Assembly (NCBI GenBank): GCA_024704765.1
Contig: JAKMXF010000301.1
Location: 217,807-281,806 of the forward strand
Direction: 5' to 3'
Source: Oopsacas minuta
Taxonomy: Eukaryota > Animalia > Porifera
Length of the DNA: 64,000 nt
Both the position numbers and the translations under genes were made by a program. Numbering within the stretch: position 1 is the first letter of the stretch; each line of letters begins with the position of its first letter. This document shows positions 53,375 to 64,000 of this stretch, in pieces. The notes under the pieces are model-generated. The model had not been told where the DNA came from and did no database searches. It saw only the letters and a program-made list of their open reading frames with translations.

Positions 53375-54703
53375 CAGTTCGCCCCATAATTATTGGCAGT
53401 AATCTCGATTTGTTATCAAATAATATTATCCAACCATTCTTTGATATTTTAGTAATCCAGTTCGAAATGTACAGCAGAATACATTAGAAACATACAATAT
53501 ATTATTGATTTTGTTTAGACTTCCTTGATTTCAACACTACCCATTAGAGATTTCACAATTCTTTTCACAAATTATGTTGTATTTTGCTAGCATTCTATTA
53601 TTGTGATATTATTCACGGCTGGTCTGAAGACCCAACAACAACGTCGAATGGAAATTCAAACCCTTTACAATGCGGGAATTACCAACGCTAAAGATATATC
53701 CTCGCGTATTGGTGTTCCCGTCAGAACTGTGTTTCGAGTTATTGCGCTGATAAAAAAAGACAAATGTCTTTTCACAAAAAGGGAGCTGGTCCACCAACGA
53801 AAATTCCACCAAATGACAAGAGAAGGATATCCATTCTATTAAAATCGAATGCAAGGATGTCTGTACGACAGTTGACTACCAGATTGCAATCGAATGTCGG
53901 GAAAAGTACTGTATATCGTCACCTTAAAAGACAAAATTTCGTAAAATCCCCTGTGATTCGAATTCCAGCATTAACTGACCTTCAGGTCCAAAAGCGCGTC
54001 AATTGGTGTAAGGATATGAAAAGGTTTGATTGGTCAAAAACATTTTTTACGGACGAATGTTCAATCTGGCTCGATTCGGGAAAAGTTAAAGTGTGGACAA
54101 AGAAAGGTCAACCAGTAGTTCATCTTTGGGGTGGCATTTCTCTGATGGGGGTTACGCCATTGTGTATTTTTACAGAGAACTTTAATCAATTGCGTTATAT
54201 TTCTACTCTCAACGAATACTTGATAGAGCAGGCTAACGCTCTCTATGGTAATGTTTGGATTTTGCAAGAGGACAATAGCCCAGTGCACACAGGAAAGGTG
54301 GCAAAAGCATGGAAGTCCCAATTTGTACCCCACTGGATTGATTGACCCCCCCAACAGTCCTGATCTAGCTCCTATTGAAAATCTATGGGGTGTACTCAAA
54401 AGAAGACTGATGGTGCGAGCACCAAAAACTGTAGAACAGTTGAAGAAGGGAATTATTGAGATATGGCAATCATTCGATCCTGAATTTATTAGGCCGTTCT
54501 GCTTTTCAATGGAGAAAAGAATTAAACTCTGTTTGAAAAATAAGGGTGGAAAAATTAGATATTAATTTATTCGTTGTGGGATCACATATACATCTTTCTT
54601 ATTCATCAGTATATTGATATAATAAAGCTCAAAATAATAAATATTTTACAGGGCAGAAGTAATCGATAGTTAAAATCAATGCCAATAATTGTGGGACATA
54701 CTG
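53375..54703 (+). mobile_element. Tc1 (DD34E) element, full length, defective
   Basis: TIRs CAGTTCGCCCCATAATTATTGGCA / TGCCAATAATTGTGGGACATACTG and TA TSD. FFTDEC, QEDNSPVH, SPDLAPIE (34 spacing). TGG>TGA and frameshifts in homopolymers. Confidence 0.93.
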
Positions 54704-57700
54704 TACATTCATATTTCAGATTTATCAGATCAATGGTACACTAATTATATTTGTAATAACACATAGCTAAGCTGTAATCACAATCGTAATTATAATTATT
54801 ATAGGCTAAATATTTTAGGTAGTAATCGTAATCGTAATAACCTGAAGTAACCGACCCAACCCTAAATAAAAATACAACTTAAAATGTATTTCAAGTTTGT
54901 TACGGAATCATGATCATAACAATATATTGAATAGTTTGGATGTTATGCATATAACTTTAGTGAGAATATAAAATATATAATTATAGCATTATATAGAATT
55001 TGTATAAAACAAATGTGTTTAAGATAAATTTTTAGACAACATTGATAGTGATAGAGTGATAAGTGAAAATGTAAATTGGGGAATACCTGTTACAACAAAA
55101 AGAGCATGTTCATATTATTAATTAGTCAACCTTAAGATAATTATGAATTTTATTTCGACAGGCAATTTTTAACAACCATGGATTTCGTCCTTAGTTTTGT
55201 TTTCTGTGGATTAAGTTAGTTAAGATTATGAGTTTTAATATTATTTCTAATGGATCGCTGTTAGCATGATTACACTTTTGGGTGCGATGAGGGGACTAAA
55301 GGAGGCTAGGAAACAGGCATGAAAGAAGTTTACAATTGCACATCATCCTATTGTGATACTTAAACAAATATATAGGTAAATTGTTACGCTTATAATTATG
55401 ATTTTGGTGGTCAATCATCTCAATAAATTTACGAAGAATTGTTAGTGTAGTATCCTAGCTTTTATCTGCATCATATACTAAATCAAAAGTATTTCTAATC
55501 TAATCTTGATTTCCAGGTTTCACAGTTTGACGATGGCTAAGATCCTTAGCATTCAACCACATAAAAACCACTGAACGTGGATCAATATTAATAACAGAGG
55601 GCATATTCACAGCTATCGCTTTTAGGTCAGAAGTATTTGAGCCGAAGTGTGGAAATATGTTGAGAAACCACTGTACTATATGACTGATCTCTGGAATACT
55701 ATTATGCATATCCTTATAGGCTAGAGCTGACGAATGTACTCCACAAACAGACAACAATAAGGTAATTCAAATTTTTGATCATTAGTATCTCTATCTGATT
55801 AGTAAATGACATAGATAAGTAAAATTCATAACTTTTCTGAACTCGATCCATGGATGTATTAAAGCAAAGGATGTAGCATATGTTTACATCATTTCCTCCC
55901 GAAAACATAAATACCTGCTCGAATAATTGTCTGCGGTAATTCTCGGAGAATAAGAGGGTGATCTATTCTAGATCAAGATCAGTCGATTCAAATACTGTGA
56001 AATTCGAAATGCCTCGAGGATAACGGCTATTTTGGAAGTCACCTTTCTTGATGACCATGATGCCGGAAAGGTGAGACATTTGGAATCATTGAATACATAA
56101 TCATTAATTTACCAATCATATATACTAACACCAGTAACTGAGAGATGATATGTTTCAAAAGTAGAACTTGATATATCTTTTGAACAGATGTCAATGTATT
56201 TGGTTCAGTACTCTTACACACTATATACGTAGTTCGCTTTCTAAGTGGTGCTTTACCGTATCATTCCTATACTACAATATTGAGTTACTATAGCTGGATT
56301 ATCCCTCTCATATACATAATTAAATCTCAATTGTTGTCTATCTGTTCGTCTGTTTGTTTGTTTGTTTGTCCGTTGTCAAGGAAAGGATTTACGGTATGCA
56401 ATTTTGAAATTGTCTCATAACTACGTATGTATTTATAGTATTTATCAAAGAAGTAGTAGATTTAATAAAACTTCACTAAATACATCCAATATGTTGGTTC
56501 CGATTTTCACTCTTTTGGATTAATCAAATGCAAATACATTGTTGGTTATATCAGTATAAAGTAAACAAAATTAGCCAAATCTCAAGATATACATACAGCC
56601 TTCCCCTCAACGGCTACCCAGGGGTAACTAAGTACGCTGAAGCCGAATTTAGCAATTCAAGTTCCTCAAGATGTAAATTTATTGTGGCTTTTGTGAATAC
56701 AAAATACCAATTTCAAAATTGAGGTAGAGTCATACTTTCAACTGCAGTACTGGGGTAACCTATTTGGGAACAAAAAATAGCAGTTTATAATTGTGAATAA
56801 ATTTACATCCCTCAAGTGAAATAGATACCTCATAATTATAGAATCTTTAGGCTACTTGAAAACGCACTTTTTAGTATTCTAATTATTGGGTAGTAGATAT
56901 TTATTCAATTTGAATAAATACATCGGATTCTATGCTATAAAAATCTGCCAAGCCTCCTCTGTTGGCAAGTTATCTAACTTCAATAATTGACAGTTTGTAC
57001 ATAATAACAGATGAAATTTAATGATGTTATAGTATAATTTTGTATTGGACTAGTTAATGTATGGAGGAGGTCTGAAAAATGAATAATGGAAATAAAACCA
57101 GACTGAGGAATAAATTCGGAGGCTACAATCCAGAGCAAATGAGTTTGTTTGAATAAATGTATTACATATTTGCATATTTAGAGAACAAATAACTATCATA
57201 TATACATAATATGAGGAAATATTTCAGGTATGTGGAATTTAGGTGTCTAGTATAGTGGTATTTCGTAAGTTATGCTATTCATTGATGCCTTATTGAAATA
57301 GCAAGTTTCAAAACTAACTTAATGAAATGGTCCATAAAGTTCGTATGTATATATGTACAAATATCAAAAATTTGAAATCGTAAAGTTTGCTTCTGCTTGA
57401 GTAACAGTAGAGACTATGGGTGCAAGAGTATTATGGTATCCAAATAAAATGGATAATCGACAAAACTGTAGTCTAAAACTATCCTAACCTTATCAAATGG
57501 CCCATTGTTCGAAGCAGTTAGGCTAGTTGATTTTAGTTATACACATATGGACCATTTAAAAGACATGATTTTACTGGATCGGCATAAGCTGCCTAATCTT
57601 TAGATGATAGTTTTCAGATTTATGTAGAAATACATAATGTCATAGTTTGTCCATGTGAGAATGTTTCATTATTGAGTGGGTTTGAAAAATATTAGTAGCA

Positions 57701-58109
57701 AGGGGTTTGTCGGCGGTTCTCTATTGACGGCTGAAATGAAACAGTATAAATATTGTCGACAAAAAGGATGTTAGCGGATTTTGGAAGTACTCTATGAAGG
57801 ATTGCACTTCTAATGATACCAAAACCAGCTTTGTAACAACTTCTTTGGGCTGAAGTCTGCAACGATCTAACTAATAATACACTTTGGGAAAGAGCATATA
57901 TTTTACCTTTTAGTAATTGAGATAAAAACTTTCGCAAGCAGGCCCATCTACGAATTGAAATACATTTGTAGTGGGGAAGATGACGATACATCGAGAATGC
58001 GTCCCCAGCCCCGATTAGTGGGGTGACACATGGTAATGCCACTAATGAAATTCCTTCTGCAGGGAAATGTCGCTGGTATACTCGTGAACTTGGATCCAAT
58101 TAGGTAAGG

Positions 58110-61100
58110 CGTGACCTAAAAAATATAAGGCCTGACTATTGTGCATAGAATTACCTACCATGGATTACTTAAAATGTATTTTGTAATTCACCCATAATTG
58201 TAACATGCAAAATTGACATTATCTGAATTGTTGAAATTCTGTTTTAATCACTTCTCTTATATAGGTATATATATAATTAGCCCGAGATTATGTTCCCAAG
58301 CCTTTCGTTATTTAGGATTTTACAATTTTATCTTATTCTGCAATTCTGTCTCATCACTGATTAGCCTTGATGCCTAACACTTGCTCTGCACCTGGATGCC
58401 GGAGTAATTATTCAGGGGAGCCATATACACCAGTATTCAGATTACCCTCAAACTCTGAACTTAGAGAAAAATGGCTACCTGCTCTGCGCAGGGAGGACAT
58501 TGAAGATCTAAAAAACGTATTTGTTTGTTCTAATCACTTTCGTACTGAAGATGTCATCACTGAAATGGATATGCCTCAACCTGATGACTCATTACAAAAA
58601 ATTTCTCGGCGACCAATTCTACATAAGAACGCTATATCTTGTCTTCTTCCCAGTTGTCTCAAGTATCTTAGCTCACCATTCCCGAAGCCTGAAGCCTTAG
58701 AACAGAGCCTCGATCTTCATAAAGCTGAGGATAGTAAGTTCGGTGTCAAATCATTAGGAGAGCTAAAATGTAAATTCGAAGAATTTGAACTACCTTCTTC
58801 TTGGGTGAAATGATTTCAGATGACACGTCTATTAACTTGCTAAAGCTGTCAAAAGATAAACATATATATATACCAGCATATGTTTCAATTAATGACTCCT
58901 TAACACCTACATACAGGCTTCTGTCAAAACATTCAAATTCTTCTCACTATACACAATCTCAGTGATATTCGAGAAATCGATACCATCATCAGCGAGGTTT
59001 CTGCATACACTAAGGACCCTGTTGAAAACTGTATCTGTCAAGCTACTTCTAACATTGAAAGTACGATTTCGAAGATAGGAACTTCGAACGATATGCTAGA
59101 GAAATATTCAGAATTATTGCCCCAGTTAAAATTTCCACGGTGCCAGTTTGAGAATACGCTAATTCTCAAAAATCGAAGACGGTACAATTTTGTTACAATG
59201 GTGCTAGCTCTAAAATCACATTTGATATCTTCTACCTGCTATAGCTACTTACAGTCTTTAAATTGTTTAATATTTCCCCACCCAACAACTCTACGTAGTC
59301 TTTATGGAAACATAGGCTTAGAGTGTGAGTTGCAAACATCTTTGAAGGCTTCTACTGCTAATTTCAATAACCAAGAAAGGAATGTTACATTACATATGGA
59401 TGAAATACATGTCAAATCAGAGTTTTCTTACACAGGTGGGAGAATACTCGGCTCTTCGACTACACAGAACGAAGCAGCCAATACAGTTCTAGCATTTATG
59501 TTATCAAGTTTATGCCAAAAATGATCTACAGTTGTACGACTCCTACCCCTTGTGCAAAATCTTCAGCTGCTCAAATACTACCTATTTTACATGAAGTGAT
59601 CAAGGATGTAGAAAGTTGCAATCTTCAATTTCAAGTTATTTGTACAGATAACTACCCTCTGAATGTGAATCTGTTTAAGTTACTATCCCCTACTTCCAAT
59701 CTTGAAACCTGTGTTCCTCGCCCATTACACACTTGTAGACCTCTGTATCTTATTTTCGACTTTGCCCACATCATCAAAAGAGTAAGAAATAATTGGTTAA
59801 ATCAAATCGATTCTAATCACACGTTTAGCTGTCCTTCATTCATATCTTGCGAATATACTTTAAACGTACCATTTCAAGACCTCCGGAGTCTCTTTAAACT
59901 TGAGCAAAATTCTGTCGCTAAAACAGCCCACCGATTAACAGCCAAATCTTGCTGGCCATCTAGCCTTGAAAGACAGAATGTCAATTTAGCACTTCGCATA
60001 TTTGACGACTCAACCTCTGCAGCTTTAACAGTCCATGCTTCTAAATATGGTCAAGTTTCAGAAACAGCTCAGTTCATAGCCTTATTTGTAAGGTATGGAA
60101 GATCTTCAACATTAATAGACCTAATAAAGATATCCGTCTAAATGACGAGCTTTCTATGCCACTACAGAGTAATGGCATTCGGTTTGTATTTCTTTCAGAT
60201 GTTGTGAAATGGCTTGATGAATGGAGAACTTTACTCCAAATAGCACGGAAAACTCATTGCGCAAACCTTTACCAGCTTCCGCCATTCGTGTATTGTCCTT
60301 GAAGGGATAGTCAACCATCTCACAAAAAACTGTGGTTTGCCTGTTCTTAGTTCTTTCCTTCAAAACGACCCAATTGAACATCACTTTGGGATTTACCGAA
60401 TGATGAGCGGTGCCCGGTACAATGTTACATTTTGCCAAGTTTTGCAAAGTGAGAGACTAATTAAGATTTCTGCAATTCTGAAGTTGTTCTCCTCTAGTAC
60501 TCTGGGTGAGAGCTCAATCTCATTAAAAGATTTTTTAAAGTCATTTTCAATCTCCGAAGAATCTAGCGATGACAATATAGTCGATTTGGACCCCTATAAC
60601 AGAGTGTTCAATGAAGAGGAGACACCAATCATACTCGATACTTCTCTCATTCAATCTTTAGCCTTTATTGCCGGTTATTGTATTCATTCCATCTTCAAAA
60701 GTGCTTTCTATTCTAAGCGAGGTATTACTCACTCTTCTGGCGTAAGAGATACGGAAGAAGTGAGCAGTATTTGCTTTCATTGTTTGTCAAGTCTTGTTGA
60801 AGAAGATACTCTCGAATAAGATATAACTGATCCCGTCTATGGTTTAATATGTTCGATTGACAGAGGAGGCCCTAAGTGGCTTTCAGCTCCAGTACTTGAA
60901 GCAGTTGTAATTTCGTGGAAGGTCTACTCCAGGATCGAAATGGATTCTAGTCTCTTCAATCTCTTTATAACAAGTCCATCTCGGAAGATCTTAGTTTTCC
61001 TAACATTAAATGTAATCGAGAGTAATGAAACTGAGTTTTGGAGAAACAAATGCCCTACTTGTGACACAATAGGATGGAATATCTTAAAGAAGATTATTTT

Positions 61101-61441
61101 TTCAGCAACCAACTGTATCCTAGCTAACAAAGTGAAGAACATGAATTCGTTGAAAAGGACATTAACTGAAAGCTCGCATAACCCTCTTAAATACACCAAT
61201 TCAAATCAAAATAACTAGCAATTTTGCTGTTGGAAGTCTCTTTGTTGTCCCAGCATTTCCTATTTCTTTATTTATACAATTTTTGTATTAGAGTGTAAAA
61301 TATGACTACCTTCTATCTACCATTTGGTACGAATATTGTCAAAAAGAATGGTATTAATATCAACATATCATATTCAATGTATGCACTTTAAGTAATCCAT
61401 GGTCCCGATGAACAGTCAGGCCTTATATCACGTAGGTCACG
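58110..61441 (+). mobile_element. P-element/THAP9-like transposon, defective
   Basis: THAP domain (CSAPGC...FRLP...W...VCSNHF), LHMDEIHVK, CTDNYPLN, FDFAHIIKRVRNNW, QNDPIEHHFG. Imperfect TIRs CGTGACCTA....ATATAAGGCCTGACT plus CCATGGATTACTTAAA. Several stops and frameshifts. Confidence 0.88.
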
Positions 61442-62124
61442 GTAAAGGGCAACAGTCAAGTATGAGGAGGTCTGTAATATATCTAAACTAGCGCGCTTGG
61501 CTTGTGAGGTTGTTGATAGTTAAGCGACAGATCATGTCAGCACTACGTACCTCGAATTCCCAGAATAGTCAAAATTTATGAAGTTATAATGGTCAATCCA
61601 AATTACATTTATTGGCCTTCTGTGGTGGCTCTAGATGCTATGTATCTTTTGGTTAGTTATCTCAGCTGTTCGTGCCTCAGATAATGAGAAATTATTAAAT
61701 TTTAAGTCATAAAAAGTAATAATCCCAAGATAAGTTGGCATTCGGCCAGAATCATGACATTAGGCCTCACAACTCCACTAAGATTTGGACTTGCGATGTT
61801 TGTGTTGGCCCAGGTATTTGGATGCAGTGTATATATTTCAGAAACGGCTCATTTTTGCTAGAATAATTGTAATGCATATGCAGTAAAATTCCAGTAAGTG
61901 AACATCTCCATATAATGAACACCTTTTTCAGCGAGACCTTACTTTACTAGCTGGAGGTATTTATGTTCACGCATGTGGGAATTCTAGCAAGAAGAGATTG
62001 TAGTACAAATTAAGCGGTCACCAATTAGATAATCTAGCCCAGATCCACTGCATTTGGTTGGGCTGGTGAAATTAAAAAGGAACACTACAGAAGGGGTGAA
62101 TGGAAATGCTAGCAGAAGATTTCC

Positions 62125-62146
62125 TATTATTATTATTATTATTATT
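62125..62146 (+). repeat. (TAT)7 microsatellite, possibly a non-LTR retrotransposon 3' tail
   Basis: Repeat seen directly; the preceding 61450-62120 looks like decayed coding sequence but no RT motif was recognised. Confidence 0.6.
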
Positions 62147-62260
62147 GGATATTAGTAATAAATTACCTCCTAATTATCCATTTTATCACTGTGCCACTAT
62201 ACAATAATAGTATAGTGGCTCAGTACAAAATCGGTGACTGAGTTTATAGGTAGATATATA

Positions 62261-62850
62261 GACTAACCGAACAAATGTACTTGTACATAAATAAATACAC
62301 AATTGATAATCATGGAAAACGGCGAATATTAGAATATGCATATAATAATATACATGGAAGAACTCTTTGAATATGCTAGAGAACATTTTCCAGACTTAAT
62401 CGTTGAATAATGTTCTAATTAGATATGTTCGGGCCAGACACAGCTCGATAAATGATAATGAGCAAATGTCTAAGCAGCTGATTATTTATAGGGATAGAAT
62501 AGAGTGATTAGAAAATATCAAATTAGAAAAATATTCATCGATTCAATTGCACATTGCATAGAGTTCAACAATGCTGATATGCATATTTGAATTTTACAGG
62601 GCTGTATTCTCCCATTATGTCAATTTCATATAGTAAAGAGCTAAACATCGTTGACATACTTGACATACTTCGTTGTCACAACAGTGCCACAAGTGGAAGA
62701 AGTGGCGCCAGAATAAAATACAATGAGAATTTTCATTGATAACCCTAAACTGAATGGAAATATTCATATAGTCTGAGATCAAGTCGATGGTTTCAGCATT
62801 TTTAATCAGAAACGAATTGTTAAGCAGGCAATATAAAGATAATCACGAAA
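62261..62850. mobile_element. Long palindromic element copy E (right arm truncated at the SF3B1 donor)
   Basis: Left end ta|GACTAACCGAACAAATG. Reverse arm 62261-62670, centre GTGCCACAAGTGGAAGAAGTGGCGCC, short forward arm to ~62850. Confidence 0.72.
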
Positions 62851-62878
62851 GAATATATATCCATTTAGATTTCCATAC

Positions 62879-63202
62879 CTTTACTAGAAGATGACGTTCT
62901 TGATCTTCGAGAGCTGGACTCATTAATAGAGGCAAAATTTGATTAAATAAAGAAGATGCACCAAATTCCCTTGCTTTATCAGTAATTTGTCGGAGAGAAG
63001 ATTTCCTCATTGGTGGTGTACCATTCTTTATCTTCAATAATAGTCTCATAATTTTTAACTCCTTTTGTTCTTCAGGTGGTAAAACATCTTCATCAATATC
63101 TTCAAGGAGTTTCCCGAAATACTGAATATCTTCTTGCTTTAAAAATGGAAGATTACCCATTGGTTGATCAGTAAAATGCTTAGTCGTTGATCTCTCATCG
63201 AT
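62879..63202 (-). CDS. SF3B1: SF3B1 internal exon (first in window, 108 codons, IDERST...HLLVK)
   Basis: Translation [18 protein letters not shown]...[25 protein letters not shown]...[11 protein letters not shown] matches SF3B1/Hsh155. Acceptor tactttAG at 63203; donor AAG|GTATGG at 62878. Confidence 0.95.
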
Positions 63203-63472
63203 CTAAAGTATATACAGAATGTTATTCCGGATAATAGAAAAAGATGAGAAGGAGATATAATCTGTCGAATACCAAGGGCACTATGATTAATATATAATAT
63301 AGCAGAAATTATGCTATCATAACTATTCCAATTGATTAAACAATGGCATTTTGTACTAGTATACTTAGAGGATCCTTTACGTTCAGTTGCATCATCAATA
63401 TTTCCAATAATGGATATTTAAGTGAATATTGCCGATTGTTGTTAGCATGAACATCTACAAAATATTGATATG

Positions 63473-63558
63473 CAGTAGAGTCCTCGAATAACGGACACAT
63501 TGGAGAATGAACTTTTTACATTATAGTGAAGTGTCTGTTTCTCAGAGAGTGTTCTATA
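63473..63558. mobile_element. Degenerate pogo-type MITE
   Basis: CAGTAGAGTCCTCGAATAACGGACAC with decayed inverted partner GTGTCTGTTTCTCAGAGAGTGTTCTA. Confidence 0.45.
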
Positions 63559-64000
63559 TGTTAAAAATCCCGAATAAAATGATTAGAAGTTAAAATATAC
63601 TTTATATGCAGATAAGAATACTACTGCACACATGTACACATAGATATTTACGCAGCCTGTGGTAAGTTTGAATCTTGAAAGAATTTTCTAAACTTCAATA
63701 AATTGTGATTACATAAATTGCCTAGTACATGAATATCTTGTATATGGAATTCAAAGATACTAGCTACAAGATACGTTTTGTTCAAAATTGGACAAAATAT
63801 CAAATGGAAAGTATGTGGCGTTGTTGCTCTTAATACAAGTTTACACCGACAGTCACAATTCGTGCAAATCCGATCGGTAGATATACAGGAGAAATTGCAA
63901 ACTCTCTATTTATGGGGAACATGAGAAAGTGGGGCAATTTGATCCACATTCATTCATGACGATAGAAACTAACCTCTATAAGCGGGGAGTGAGTGAAGGG

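Larger units (their letters stand above)
35567..62878 (-). other. SF3B1 intron, 27,312 nt, GT-AG, phase 0
   Basis: Flanking exons join as LLVK|VIDR with no missing SF3B1 residues. Confidence 0.93.

Noticed and set aside
8724-62386. Numerous 60-100 aa AT-rich ORFs (e.g. 10731-10937, 43827-44057, 62186-62386)
   Set aside because: Low-complexity chance ORFs, several lying in the non-coding palindrome arms; the similarity between them reflects the repeat, not a protein family.
2680-62878. Non-canonical or U12-type introns in a splicing-factor gene
   Set aside because: All three introns have ordinary GT-AG ends and no GTATCCTT U12 donor.
63203-64000. Further upstream SF3B1 exons (TP-repeat N-terminal region)
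   Set aside because: No SF3B1-like translation found; this appears to be the start of another intron extending beyond the window.

Overview
AT-rich eukaryotic, animal-like genomic window. One host gene dominates: the middle and 3' part of SF3B1 (U2 snRNP splicing factor) on the minus strand. It has four exons (63202-62879, 35566-34859, 8604-8272, 2679-1468) joined by three phase-0 GT-AG introns of about 27.3, 26.3 and 5.6 kb; upstream exons lie beyond the window. The introns are packed with nested DNA transposons and relics: pogo/Tigger, Tc1 DD34E, mariner DD34D, maT DD37D (one with an intact ORF), several hAT, a Chapaev-like element with a 4-bp TSD inside a hAT, a Transib/RAG1-like relic, a THAP9/P-like element, one LINE fragment, many MITEs and a broken OTU-deubiquitinase ORF. 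The most unusual structure is a family of five ~0.9-1.1 kb almost fully palindromic non-coding elements with CACTAACCGAAC-type ends. Two of them run up to, and are truncated at, the 5' splice sites of the two giant introns. No CRISPR array, rRNA or tRNA was recognised. All alignments were done by eye and family assignments come from remembered motifs, not database searches.
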